Shown: positions 18,928 to 28,519, counted from the first letter of the stretch. The stretch: 46,555 nucleotides of DNA from Planctomycetaceae bacterium (GCA_005773145.1 SXHS01000012.1:1-46555); one strand, 5' to 3'. A program made the numbers and translations. The notes: a model not told the origin generated them from the letters alone.

Positions 18928-20417
18928 TCAGTTCCGTCCTGCGTAGCCGTTGGATAATCGCTGGAGCGCGTTCCGGAAGACCCGGCCCGTGGCCAGGGGT
19001 TTGAAGCGGCTGGGAGCCTCGGACAACGATCCGCGCCGATGCGGGTTGCTGGACTCAATGAGTTGCCGATGAGCTGCCTGCGGCTGCACCGACACGAACA
19101 CGATGCCCAGTCCCAAGAATAGGCCCCCTAACGCTCCGGTCAGCGCCACGGTTAGCCGCCCTGGTCCCAGCGGATATTGTCCGGTGCGCGGCTGATCCCA
19201 GACCGCCAGAAGGCTGGTGGACTGAGCGGCTGCGTGGGTCCCCTGAGCATCGGCCAGGTGCTGACGGGCGGTGCGTAGGATCTCGCTGTAGTGTTGGGCG
19301 GCCGCCGTTCGATTCTGATACTCCGCCCGCACCCCAGCCAGTTTTTCACTACGCTGACGCAACTTGGTAGCCTGATCTTCCAGGGCCACCATGCGGTTCT
19401 GTTCCGAGCGCCGCTCAACTTCGATGCCACGAAGCGCACTCTCCAATTCCAGGTGCATGTCGTGGCGAACCTGTTGTTCGGCCAGTCGCGCCGAAATCAC
19501 CGAGGGGTGTTGCGCTGTGCGACTCCCTGCCAGTCGAGAAGTCGCCAACTGGGCATCCACCAAGCCATCCTTCAGCCGACGGAGAGCCGGCTGCGAATCC
19601 AACAGTTTGTTGGGGGTAGCCACAAGGCTGGCGGGACGATCTTGGGCGACGACGAGCAAGGCGTACAATTCGCCTAGGACGCGATCATTATTGCGCGCTT
19701 GTCGTAGTTCATTGTCGAGTTCGACGAGCCACCGCCGCAAGCCGCTGTCCCCCGAGGTCGCATCGTGCAAATTGCGCAAGTCGGTCAAATCACTCCCTAC
19801 CGACCGTTCGATCTCCGACACCCGTTCGGTGGCCGTTTGAAGATTGCCTTCGGCCAACTGCACGGTTTCGGTGAGTTCGTCCACCAAGCTTTGGGCTCGT
19901 TGGCTGCGCAGGGCCCGGACTCGTTGATCCAATTCACGGAAGAGGGCAGCGGTCAGCTGCACGGCGCGCTGTTTGTCGCCGTCGCGTACGGACAGGTAGA
20001 GCACTTCCGTGCGCCCGAATTCGGCTCCTTTGGGCGCGGCGATCGCGATCGAGCGGCGTAAGGTCTCAATGGCGGAAGCACTGGGGCCGGAGGACGATCC
20101 GGCTGTTGTTGGGGGGGGGGCACCAAACGCAGGGCCGCTTCCAGAACCGGACGGCTCTTGGCCAATTCAACCATGGTTTCTTGCACGGTCTTCATATCAT
20201 CTTGGTGTACGAAACGGCCGGGGCGGCCATTGCTGCCGATCGCCTCGTCGCGCACCACCAAGGCCTGACTGGCCTCCCAAACACTGGGTTTCACGAGCGC
20301 AACCCCGATACCGATCAGGCACACGACGCCGGCCGGCACGAGCCACCGGCGCGGCTGGTCACACAACGCATGCTGAAAGTCTTGCCAAGTAGGGCTGTCT
20401 GCGGCGGGCTGGGGCAT
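18928..20417 (-). pseudogene. GumC/Wzz-type polysaccharide chain-length determinant (PCP without kinase domain), split by a frameshift in a C10 tract
   Basis: The N-terminal ORF (20417-19953) has a TM helix and a Wzz-like segment (KPSVWEASQALVV..MKTVQETMVELAKSRPVLEAAL). The second frame continues with SAIETLRRSIAIAAPKGAEFGRTEVLYLSVRDGDKQRAVQL, coiled coils and a C-terminal TM helix. The frames switch at 20111-20120. Confidence 0.8.
20111..20120. repeat. G10 (C10 on the coding strand) homopolymer inside the chain-length-determinant gene
   Basis: Direct reading gives ggctgttgtt-gggggggggg-caccaaacgc. It is the longest G/C homopolymer I noticed in the window. Confidence 0.95.
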
Positions 20418-20768
20418 CGCAAGTTCCTTGAGGGAAGCACGGGCACATGGGCCGATGGGGCCACTGAGTCGGTTCGGTGGCGACCTATGCCGCTTGGTAG
20501 CAAACCGAGTGCCCAGACTCAGCGAGCAGGGAACGGGGCGTGTCCACTAGCCCTAAGTGCCGTTATCATAGCCAGTTGTGCATGATCCTCAGTGCACGGG
20601 CGGAAACGGCCTTCGGCTACCCCGGTCGGTGGGGTGTTGCCAATTCGCCACGGCGTGGGCCTGCATCATCGGGCTGTTGCCGAAATGCCACTTTGGGCCT
20701 CCCGCTATGACCCGAATCTTTGGACGGGCATTTGCCTGCGCCCTCTCGTAACCCAAAGTTGTCTAACT

Positions 20769-22028
20769 ATGTACGTTCAGCGAATTTGTCAAATCAGCGA
20801 CCTTACCCCGCTGGCTCACCAGTGGAATGGGCTGACGCACGGTAATCCCATGCGCGGTCATGAGTGGCTGCGCGCCTGGTGGGACACCTTTGGGCAAGGG
20901 TACGAACCGTACGTGCTGACTGTGCGAAACGACGGCGGTGAACTGATCGGCATCGCTCCCTGGTGTCGGCAACGACGCCCCCTCGGCGGCCGGGTTCTCC
21001 AATTTCTCGGCGGGGGAGACGCATGCTCGGATCACCTGTCCCTGTTGGTCCGCACCTCCATGACGGACGCCGTGGCGACCGCGATCGCAAATTGGCTGGG
21101 CGCCGCGAATAGCCCCTCCGACGATCGCCTGTCGTCTCAAGACGACCGCTGGGATCAGATCGAGTGGATTGGCGTTGATCGCGAGGATGTGCCTTTGAGG
21201 CAGTTGGCGGTCCAATTGGCGGCCCGAGGCCATTTGCAGCACGATCGGGACGCACCTTCGTGTTGGGTCGTCCGGCTTCCGGACACCTGGGACGACTTCC
21301 TGCACCGTCTTTCTAAGAATCACCGTAAGAAGCTCCGACGGGCCCTCGCGCAGCTGGACATGCCCGGCGATGGTTGGAACGCCGAGCGGATTCAAGATTT
21401 GGAGGAGTGGCAACGGCGTTGGCCGGATCTTTGCCGCTTACACCAGCGACGGCGTCATAGCCTGGGCGAGCAGGGGCTGTTCGATCGGCCTCATTTTGAA
21501 GGTTTCTTGCAACGGGTCGCGCAAAGCCTGCTACCCTCCGGTCAGCTGGCACTCTATTGGCTCACGTTTCAAGGGCGTCCAGCTGCTTTTGAGTTGCAGT
21601 TGCAGGGGACCGATACGATGTATGCTTACCAATCAGGCATGGAACCTGAATTGGCGAACGAAAGTCCCGGGACGATGTTATTTGCACACACCATTCGTGA
21701 CGCGACGCGGCGGGGCATGCGGTATTTCGATTTACTGCGTGGGGACGAATCGTACAAACAGCGTTGGATGGCCGATCGGGTGGACTGCCGGGAACAGCGG
21801 ATCGTGGCCCGGCATGTGTCGGCCCGCATCCGACATGGCCTCTGGCTCGCGGGGGGGCAGTTGAAGCGGCGATTTTGGAATCGCGTCTCGAAGAGGTACT
21901 CCCATCAGTCCGATGACACCGGTACCGTGCATTCCGCCCTCGTTCCGGTCCACATGGATGGCTTGGTTGACGGCCGGACACGGGGCGCGGGGGCTTTGCG
22001 GTTGCTTTCTCAAGGAGCGACCTCATGA
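20769..22028 (+). CDS. CelD/BcsL/FemAB-like GNAT acyltransferase (Acetyltransf_6-type)
   Basis: WNGLTHGNPMRGHEWLRAWWDTFG..ELIGIAPW and ESPGTMLFAHTIRDATRRGMRYFDLLRGDESYKQRW. The ATG at 20769 is chosen, and the ORF is open to 20592. The stop overlaps the next start (ATGA). Confidence 0.8.
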   Translation: MYVQRICQISDLTPLAHQWNGLTHGNPMRGHEWLRAWWDTFGQGYEPYVLTVRNDGGELIGIAPWCRQRRPLGGRVLQFLGGGDACSDHLSLLVRTSMTDAVATAIANWLGAANSPSDDRLSSQDDRWDQIEWIGVDREDVPLRQLAVQLAARGHLQHDRDAPSCWVVRLPDTWDDFLHRLSKNHRKKLRRALAQLDMPGDGWNAERIQDLEEWQRRWPDLCRLHQRRRHSLGEQGLFDRPHFEGFLQRVAQSLLPSGQLALYWLTFQGRPAAFELQLQGTDTMYAYQSGMEPELANESPGTMLFAHTIRDATRRGMRYFDLLRGDESYKQRWMADRVDCREQRIVARHVSARIRHGLWLAGGQLKRRFWNRVSKRYSHQSDDTGTVHSALVPVHMDGLVDGRTRGAGALRLLSQGATS

Positions 22029-22900
22029 CCATTTCGCGACACATCGCGCTGCGTGCCTACTATTACGGCACATGGCCCTATCGCCGTTGGGCGTTTAAGC
22101 AAGCGGCAGCGAGGGGACAAATTCCGATCAGCATTCTGTTTTACCACCGAGTCGCCGACTACAGTCCCAATGACTGGACAATTTCCAATGAACGGTTCAA
22201 ACGACAGGTGCGCTGGCTACAAAGAAACTTTGATTTGATCAGCCTAGAAGAGGCGCAACGACGACTCCGGGAACGGGCGAGCGCGCGCCCGGCGGTCTGT
22301 TTGACGTTTGATGACGGTTATGCAGACAACTGCACGCATGCCTTGCCGCTCTTAGCCGACGCCGGAATCCCCTGCACGTATTTTGTCTCGTCGCGATTCG
22401 TTCAAGACCAGCGTCCTTTCCCGCACGACGTAATCCGAAACCAACCGCTTGCACCTAATACCATTGACCAACTGCGGGGATTGGTCCGTGCCGGGATTGA
22501 AATTGGCGCCCATACTCGCACCCATTTGAATCTCGCGAGCGTCACCGACCCGTCGCAGCTTCGGGACGAAATTGTTGCGCCTCGAAGCGAATTGGAAGCT
22601 TGGCTGGACTGTACGGTGAGATATTTTGCCTTTCCGTATGGCCAGCTGCAGGACATCAGCCAGTTGGCCATGCGGGTGGCGCGCGACGCGGGTTACCAGG
22701 GCGTCTGTTCCGCGTACGGCGGTTACAACATGCCGACGGCGGATCCTTTTCACTTGCGGCGGATTCATGGAGATCCCCTCATGATACGCATCAAGAACTG
22801 GTTGACGATTGACCCTCGACAACCGGCGATAGTGCGCAGGCTGGAGCAGAAATTTACCTGGTTGGATCCGACGTCCCGGGTCGATGGAACGCCGTCATGA
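22025..22900 (+). CDS. Polysaccharide deacetylase (NodB-homology, CE4) family protein
   Basis: ISILFYHRVA..WTISNERFKRQVRWLQRNFDLISLEEA..VCLTFDDGYADN..IGAHTRTH..FAFPYG. Confidence 0.88.
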   Translation: MTISRHIALRAYYYGTWPYRRWAFKQAAARGQIPISILFYHRVADYSPNDWTISNERFKRQVRWLQRNFDLISLEEAQRRLRERASARPAVCLTFDDGYADNCTHALPLLADAGIPCTYFVSSRFVQDQRPFPHDVIRNQPLAPNTIDQLRGLVRAGIEIGAHTRTHLNLASVTDPSQLRDEIVAPRSELEAWLDCTVRYFAFPYGQLQDISQLAMRVARDAGYQGVCSAYGGYNMPTADPFHLRRIHGDPLMIRIKNWLTIDPRQPAIVRRLEQKFTWLDPTSRVDGTPS

Positions 22901-24423
22901 ATAGCACATTGGAGGTTGCCATCGAATCGCCGGACCACGTTTCGCAGGACCGTGAAACGAACTTGCGCGTCGATTCGTTGGCGCACGGGGTTTTGCTGTT
23001 GATTGGCTTGACCGCCGCGCAACGCGTCGTGGGGTTGGTGCGCAACGTGCTATTTTGCCGACTGCTGCAGCCCGACGAACTGGGGTTATTCAATCTGGCA
23101 TACAGTGTGCTCGTCATCGCCTCTCCCTTGGCGGTGCTCGGCTTGCCAGGATCCTTCGGTCGATATGTGGAATACTACCGCCAGCGTCAACAACTGCGCA
23201 CTTTTGTGCGTCGGGCCGCGATCCTGTCAACGCTGTTATGCGCTTCGTTTGTCGCGGTGATGTGCTGGAATCGAACCTGGGCAACGTGGCTGGCTTTTGG
23301 CGATGTAGATCAGGTACCGCTCTTGGTGTCGACCGCCGTAGCGCTCTTAGCGGTTACCAGTTTCAATTTTTTAACGGAACTATTGACCGCATTGCGTCAG
23401 GTACGCGCCGTGTCGCGCATGCAGTTTGTGAACAGCGTGCTATTTGCTCTAGTGGGCCTAACGTTCTTGCATTGGAGTTCGTGGCGTGCGGAGGGTGTCG
23501 TATTGGCCTATGCAGCCGCCTGCTTGGCATCCAGCGTGGTCGTCATAGGACCCTTGCGGGGTATTTGGCGCTCACTCGGAAGCCAACAAGAGGAGTTGCC
23601 CCACAAGGAACTTTGGTCCCGCATCGTGCCATTTGCCGCGTGGGTCTGGGTCAGTAACCTGTGGACCAACATGTTCCACGTTTCCGACCGATACATGATC
23701 GTGCATTATTCCGGTCGAAGTGCTGTGGAGGCCGCGGCCCTGGTTGGCCAATATCACAGCAGCCGTGTCGTACCGGACCTCTTTATCGCCTTGGCGGCGC
23801 TGCTGGGCAGTTTCATGCTCCCGTACCTAAGTCACGATTGGGAGCAAGGCCACCGCGAGGAAGTGGCACGCAAGATCCACTTGACGGTGCGATTGTTCGC
23901 GCTGGCAATGACACTTGGTGGAGTGCTCGTACTCTGGACTGCCCCCTTGCTGTTTGAAGTGGCGCTGGGGGGCAAGTATCACGCTGGGCAGGCCGTGCTT
24001 CCCTGGACCCTCATGTACTGCGTATGGTTTGGGTTAACGGTTCTCGCGCAAAACTATCTCTGGTGTGCGGAAAAGGCGTCGCTGGGCAGCGTCTGCTTGT
24101 TGGTCGGCCTTTTGGCCAATATTGGCCTGAACTTGTTGCTATTGCCACGGCTAGGCTTGTTGGGTGTCGTCTTGGCCACCGCTTTGGCTCACCTATTAAC
24201 ACTTTGCCTGGTGCAGCTGTTATCGCATCGATTGGGCTGGCGCTGGTCGTGGCGCACGGCGGCTCTCGCGCTGCTGCCGGCGTCATTGGGGCTGGGGTGT
24301 TACCCGGCCACCGCGGTCGTCTTACTGACGTTGGCAATCACCTGCAGCACCAACTGGCTGTTTACTGCGGCGGAAAAGCAGGCCTTTGCCGCGTTTGTCA
24401 TCCCCTACCTGAAATTCCGATGA
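22897..24423 (+). CDS. Wzx-type oligosaccharide flippase (MOP superfamily polysaccharide biosynthesis protein)
   Basis: About 14 TM helices. The N-terminus RVVGLVRNVLFCRLLQPDELGLFNLAYSVL is typical of Wzx/polysaccharide biosynthesis proteins. ATGA overlaps occur at both ends. Confidence 0.8.
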   Translation: MNSTLEVAIESPDHVSQDRETNLRVDSLAHGVLLLIGLTAAQRVVGLVRNVLFCRLLQPDELGLFNLAYSVLVIASPLAVLGLPGSFGRYVEYYRQRQQLRTFVRRAAILSTLLCASFVAVMCWNRTWATWLAFGDVDQVPLLVSTAVALLAVTSFNFLTELLTALRQVRAVSRMQFVNSVLFALVGLTFLHWSSWRAEGVVLAYAAACLASSVVVIGPLRGIWRSLGSQQEELPHKELWSRIVPFAAWVWVSNLWTNMFHVSDRYMIVHYSGRSAVEAAALVGQYHSSRVVPDLFIALAALLGSFMLPYLSHDWEQGHREEVARKIHLTVRLFALAMTLGGVLVLWTAPLLFEVALGGKYHAGQAVLPWTLMYCVWFGLTVLAQNYLWCAEKASLGSVCLLVGLLANIGLNLLLLPRLGLLGVVLATALAHLLTLCLVQLLSHRLGWRWSWRTAALALLPASLGLGCYPATAVVLLTLAITCSTNWLFTAAEKQAFAAFVIPYLKFR

Positions 24424-25628
24424 CCCTATCCATCTGCCAGGAAACAGCGATCCAAGCGACGGCTGTGGCACGGCTGCGCGTGATGTTCGTGATCACCAGC
24501 ATGCCCGTGGGTGGCGCGGAGACGCTGCTGGTCAATCTGATTCGCCGCCTGGATCGAAACCAGTTCAGTCCGGAGGTGTGTTGTTTGAAGGAACCCGGTC
24601 CGTTGGGGGAGATCCTGGCGCGGGAGATTCCGCTCCATCATCATCTGCTGCAGCACAAATTCGACATCCGTGTCCTACTCCGGCTCACGCGATTGTTGCA
24701 GCAGCGTCAGGTGGCAGCTGTCGTAACCGTGGGGGCGGGCGACAAGATGTTCTGGGGACGCTGGGCCGCGCGACGCGCGGGCGTGCCCGTTGTTGCATCG
24801 GCGCTGCACTCGACCGGGTGGCCGGACGGCATCGGCTGGCTCAATCGCAGACTCACCCCTTGGACCGACGCGTTTATCGCGGTCGCCCGAACACACGGCG
24901 AGTACCTGATCCACACGGAGCGATTTCCAGCGGACAAGGTCGCCGTTATCCCCAATGGCGTCGATACCCATCGCTTCGCTCCGAGTGCTGCGGGCCGTGC
25001 GCGGATTCGCCGTGAGCTGGGACTCACCGACGACGTTCCCTTGTGCGGCATCGTGGCCGCCCTACGCCCGGAGAAAAATCACGCGCTCTTCTTGCGTGCG
25101 GCAGCGCAAGTGCTGCGAGGGGTTCCCGCCGCCACCTTTCTGGTGATTGGGGACGGCCCCTTGCGCGGCAACCTGGAGCAACTCGCACGTGAGCTCGGGA
25201 TCGAAACCCGGGTGCGTTTCTTGGGCACTCAGCATGAGATTCCACCATGGCTGGCCGCGCTCGATCTGTTCGCACTGACCTCCGACAACGAGGCCAATCC
25301 CGTTTCGATCTTGGAGGCCATGGCCAGCGGGGTCCCGGTCGTGGCCACGCGGGTGGGGAGCGTCGCGGAAATGGTCCACGACGGCCATCATGGTCGGTGG
25401 GTGCGGGCCGGGGATGTGAACGGGATGGCAGACGCCATGCAGCAGGTGTTGACACAGCCCGCCTGGGGTCGCCAGATGGGGGCAGCCGCTCGGTCGCATG
25501 GTTCGGCCCATGGCTCGCTGGAACGCATGGTAGAGGGCTATCAACAGTTGATCCGAGACATTTATAATAGAAAGATTGGCCCCAAAAAATGGTTGGGACA
25601 GGAAAACGCTAGGACGGGGAGCTGTTAA
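24420..25628 (+). CDS. Family 4 glycosyltransferase (GT4, GT-B fold)
   Basis: RVMFVITSMPVGGAETLLVNL at the N-terminus. EKNHALFLRAA..FLVIGDGPLR..VRFLGTQHEIPPWLAALDLFALTSDNEANPVSILEAMASGVPVVAT carries the EX7E motif. The ORF is open upstream to 24024, but the ATG at 24420 overlaps the flippase stop. Confidence 0.9.
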   Translation: MTLSICQETAIQATAVARLRVMFVITSMPVGGAETLLVNLIRRLDRNQFSPEVCCLKEPGPLGEILAREIPLHHHLLQHKFDIRVLLRLTRLLQQRQVAAVVTVGAGDKMFWGRWAARRAGVPVVASALHSTGWPDGIGWLNRRLTPWTDAFIAVARTHGEYLIHTERFPADKVAVIPNGVDTHRFAPSAAGRARIRRELGLTDDVPLCGIVAALRPEKNHALFLRAAAQVLRGVPAATFLVIGDGPLRGNLEQLARELGIETRVRFLGTQHEIPPWLAALDLFALTSDNEANPVSILEAMASGVPVVATRVGSVAEMVHDGHHGRWVRAGDVNGMADAMQQVLTQPAWGRQMGAAARSHGSAHGSLERMVEGYQQLIRDIYNRKIGPKKWLGQENARTGSC

Positions 25629-25632
25629 CTTC

Positions 25633-26238
25633 ATGCCCATGACCGCCGCGCTGCTCGCCTTCGTGGCTAAGGTTTTGAGTGGCTCTACCGTGCGTTGGAT
25701 CGACAGTCAGCCGGACACGTGCCAAAGGGTCTATTTTGCCAATCACACCAGCCACCTGGACGCCTTGCTGATTTGGGCATCACTTCCCCCCCACGTACGG
25801 GCCCTTGCCCGTCCGGTCGCCGCGAAGGACTATTGGGAACGCGGCGCGATCCGTCGTCACCTGGCCACGATCTTCCACGCGCTCTTAATCGATCGTACGG
25901 AGATCAAAGTCCATCAGAGTCCCGTCGACTTGATGATTCGGGAGGTGGGTACGACCCATTCCCTGATCGTGTTTCCCGAAGGGGGACGAAATACCGAAAC
26001 CGAGATGGGAGAGTTTAAGAGTGGCCTGTATTATTTGGGCAAGAAGCGACCGGATATCGAAATGATTCCGGTCTACATCGATAATTTGAACCGAGTCCTG
26101 CCGCGCGGAGAATTCCTGCCAGTTCCACTGCTCAGCTGCATCACTTTCGGTCCGGCCATGTGGCTGGAGCACCAGGAGCCCAAGGCGGACTTTTTACAGC
26201 GGGCGCGGGAGAACGTACGCAGACTGAAAGATCTCTAA
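25633..26238 (+). CDS. PlsC-family lysophospholipid/glycerolipid acyltransferase
   Basis: HX4D motif NHTSHLDALLI, and motif III VFPEGGRN. About 201 aa from the ATG at 25633, which lies 5 nt after the GT4 stop. Confidence 0.85.
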   Translation: MPMTAALLAFVAKVLSGSTVRWIDSQPDTCQRVYFANHTSHLDALLIWASLPPHVRALARPVAAKDYWERGAIRRHLATIFHALLIDRTEIKVHQSPVDLMIREVGTTHSLIVFPEGGRNTETEMGEFKSGLYYLGKKRPDIEMIPVYIDNLNRVLPRGEFLPVPLLSCITFGPAMWLEHQEPKADFLQRARENVRRLKDL

Positions 26239-26280
26239 GGCAGGGAATGCCTTGCTTGGAAAGCTGAGGATCTCCCGTTG

Positions 26281-27252
26281 ATGTTGTTGGATGTACCCGC
26301 CGAGATCTTGCTCGGTATTTTGCTGGCCATTCTGGCGATTGCCTACTTCGCGGGCCAGGCCTTGCGTCGACAGCCGCAATCGGTGGTGAACCCGGCGATC
26401 GTCGATACATTTCTCTATCGCATCCGGGCCTGGTGGCTGCTGTACGCCGTGTTGGGGGCCAGCTTTCTGATTCCCTACGGACGTCTGGCCACGGTGATCC
26501 TGTTTGGCATTCTCTCCTTCTGGGCCTTGCGCGAATTCATCACGCTTACCCCCACCCGGCTCGGGGATCACCGCGCCTTGTTCTGGGTCTTTTTTGTTTT
26601 CACCCCCGCTCAATACATCTTGGTGGCCCTCGGGCAACAGTACTTTGAGACCTACAGTATTTTGATACCGGTCTACGGGTTTCTGTTTGTGCCCACGCGC
26701 GTGGCACTGGCTGGGGACAGCCGCCGATTTCTGGAGCGCACGGCCAAGATCCAGGCGGGCCTGTTGATTTGCGTCTATGCGCTGAGCCACGCCCCTGCGC
26801 TCCTGGACCTGCAATTGATCAAGGACGGAGAGAAGTGGCGCGGGGGAAGCGCCGGCATGCTGTTGTTTTTCCTGCTGGTCGTGCAGTTTGGCGACTTGTC
26901 GCAATTCCTCTGGGGAAAGCTGATTGGCAAGCGGGTTATCGCCCCTGCCATAAATTCCAGCAAGACGTGGGAAGGCTTTGTCGCCAGCGTGCTCACGACA
27001 ACTCTGCTCGGCGGCCTCTTTTGGCCCGTCACCCCCTTCAATTTGCTGGAGGCCGCCTGCATGTCGCTGGTGATCGCCGTCATGGGCTTTGCGGGGAGCA
27101 TGACGATGTCCGCGATCAAGCGAGATCGCGGCGTGCGAGACTACGGCACGCTCGTACAAGGACACGTAGGAATCCTCGACCGAATGGATTCCATCTGCTT
27201 CGCCGCTCCCGTTTTCTTTCACCTTACCAGACTATTTTTTTCCGCCGCATAA
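26281..27252 (+). CDS. CdsA-family phosphatidate cytidylyltransferase-like protein (divergent signature)
   Basis: Multi-TM protein. SSKTWEGF and SAIKRDRGVRDYGTLVQGHVGILDRMDS resemble the CdsA signature, but RD replaces KD and HVG replaces HGG. It is longer at the N-terminus than a typical CdsA. Confidence 0.8.
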   Translation: MLLDVPAEILLGILLAILAIAYFAGQALRRQPQSVVNPAIVDTFLYRIRAWWLLYAVLGASFLIPYGRLATVILFGILSFWALREFITLTPTRLGDHRALFWVFFVFTPAQYILVALGQQYFETYSILIPVYGFLFVPTRVALAGDSRRFLERTAKIQAGLLICVYALSHAPALLDLQLIKDGEKWRGGSAGMLLFFLLVVQFGDLSQFLWGKLIGKRVIAPAINSSKTWEGFVASVLTTTLLGGLFWPVTPFNLLEAACMSLVIAVMGFAGSMTMSAIKRDRGVRDYGTLVQGHVGILDRMDSICFAAPVFFHLTRLFFSAA

Positions 27253-28241
27253 TCGGCGGGGCCCGTGTTTCGGCTCCATTCCAGCAGAATCTCGCGAGGC
27301 ACTTCGTCTGGCGCATAGCGTGACGACGATGGCCCCTTCCTCCCGCTTCGCACATAAAAACTGCCTGCCGAATCTTGAGCATTGTTGGCCAACGATGCCA
27401 GCTTTTCCCCGTGTTCGGTACTTGTTAGGGAAACCGGGCTAACGGACACGGAACTTCTAGTCGACGCGACGGCCGGGGTCACGGGAGTATTTTTTGCGAC
27501 CAGTGTGGGACAACCATCCTTGATCCAATCCCGCCAGGCAAGTTGTAGCTCTGACAGGTCATCAAAACCATAGTGACGCTGCGTGGCGCCTACCCAATCG
27601 TTGCGGTCCATGCCGTCTCCCACGTACTGCACAAACTTGCGCGGCCCCCCCTGCTCGATCAGATAACGAGTTAAGGCGTATCCTTGCGCATAGAGCGGCA
27701 GCACGTCCTCAGGATACTCGCGCATGGCAAACATGTGATGAAAGGGTATGCCGCGTCCGCTGGTCAGGAATTGGACCAGTAGATGATGTTGCTTGCGCCG
27801 TTCCGATACGTGCTCTACCGTCGTACAGGCCCCTTCGTCTGCCCAGCGGGGGAGCGGGCGGCCAAAATGCGTGGCAAACACAGTGTGGGAAATTTCGTGA
27901 GGTAGAACCGAATCCAGAATCCGCTCGCGAGACCCCTGGACGTCCATCTTCCAACCAAAGGGCCGTCTCTGGTCAAACATAAAACTAGTCGCACCCCCCG
28001 CCCCTAGGTCCTGACCAACCACCACGGAAATGGGGCAAGGCTGCGGCCACTGCGGCAGGGCATGGCCCAGCCATTTGGTCGCCAAATCCTCGCGATATTT
28101 CTCGGCCGCATCTCCCACCTCCCGCGCCAACTCGGCGGTCGGGGCCGATACTAAGAAATTGGTCGTGCGATAGTTGGCCCCCAACGACGCAATACACGCC
28201 AATATCAGCGCACAACATCCAATACGAGCTTCCATGCTCAT
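27219..28241 (-). CDS. Secreted HEXXH-motif protein (putative MA-clan metallopeptidase-like)
   Basis: Signal/lipobox-like N-terminus IGCCALILACIASLG. LPHEISHTVFATHF followed by RWADEGA (a possible third ligand). GAGGA sits 5 nt upstream of the ATG. Its 3' end overlaps the CdsA-like gene by 34 nt (convergent). Confidence 0.6.
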   Translation of the reverse strand: MSMEARIGCCALILACIASLGANYRTTNFLVSAPTAELAREVGDAAEKYREDLATKWLGHALPQWPQPCPISVVVGQDLGAGGATSFMFDQRRPFGWKMDVQGSRERILDSVLPHEISHTVFATHFGRPLPRWADEGACTTVEHVSERRKQHHLLVQFLTSGRGIPFHHMFAMREYPEDVLPLYAQGYALTRYLIEQGGPRKFVQYVGDGMDRNDWVGATQRHYGFDDLSELQLAWRDWIKDGCPTLVAKNTPVTPAVASTRSSVSVSPVSLTSTEHGEKLASLANNAQDSAGSFYVRSGRKGPSSSRYAPDEVPREILLEWSRNTGPADYAAEKNSLVR

Positions 28242-28519
28242 GGTTTCCTCTGGGAGGACGACGGGCGAGGCAATGACCCTGATCTGGCACCACTACGCCA
28301 TCCTGGTGCTCACGGTGCGACCCGCCAAAAGGATTTGGACGAGCGGACGCGAAGACTAACGAACCGGCCGCTGTCCGGCCAGAGCGAATTCCACCGGATT
28401 CTGCTAGTAAAGGAAAAAGCGGCCGTCGGCCTGATGGCAGCATGCTGCGTGCTGGAATGCTAGCGCGGGACCCGGCCGAGCCGCAGACGGTTGCGGAGGG
28501 GCGGACAAAATCCTACCTG

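Noticed and set aside
24024-24419. Upstream extension of the GT4 ORF, which the ORF track shows as 534 aa starting at 24024.
   Set aside because: The extension lies entirely inside the flippase gene in another frame and has junk-like composition. The ATG at 24420 overlaps the flippase stop (ATGA) and gives a normal GT4 N-terminus.
26194-27222. 342-aa minus-strand ORF antisense to the CdsA-like gene. Similar long antisense or out-of-frame ORFs occur at 152..760, 1132..1908, 20763..21413, 28442..29197, 36174..37337 and 41482..42177.
   Set aside because: Their composition is Arg/Gly/Pro/Ala-rich with no recognisable motifs. Each fully overlaps a gene with clear family signatures on the other strand or frame. 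These are typical shadow ORFs of GC-rich DNA.
28400-28450. A possible intrinsic terminator after the metallophosphoesterase gene (minus strand GGCCGACGGCCGCTTTTTCC), and a 12-nt palindrome GCAGCATGCTGC at 28437-28448.
   Set aside because: The stem is at most 4-5 bp with a 1-3 nt loop, which is too weak to call. The palindrome is short and could be chance.
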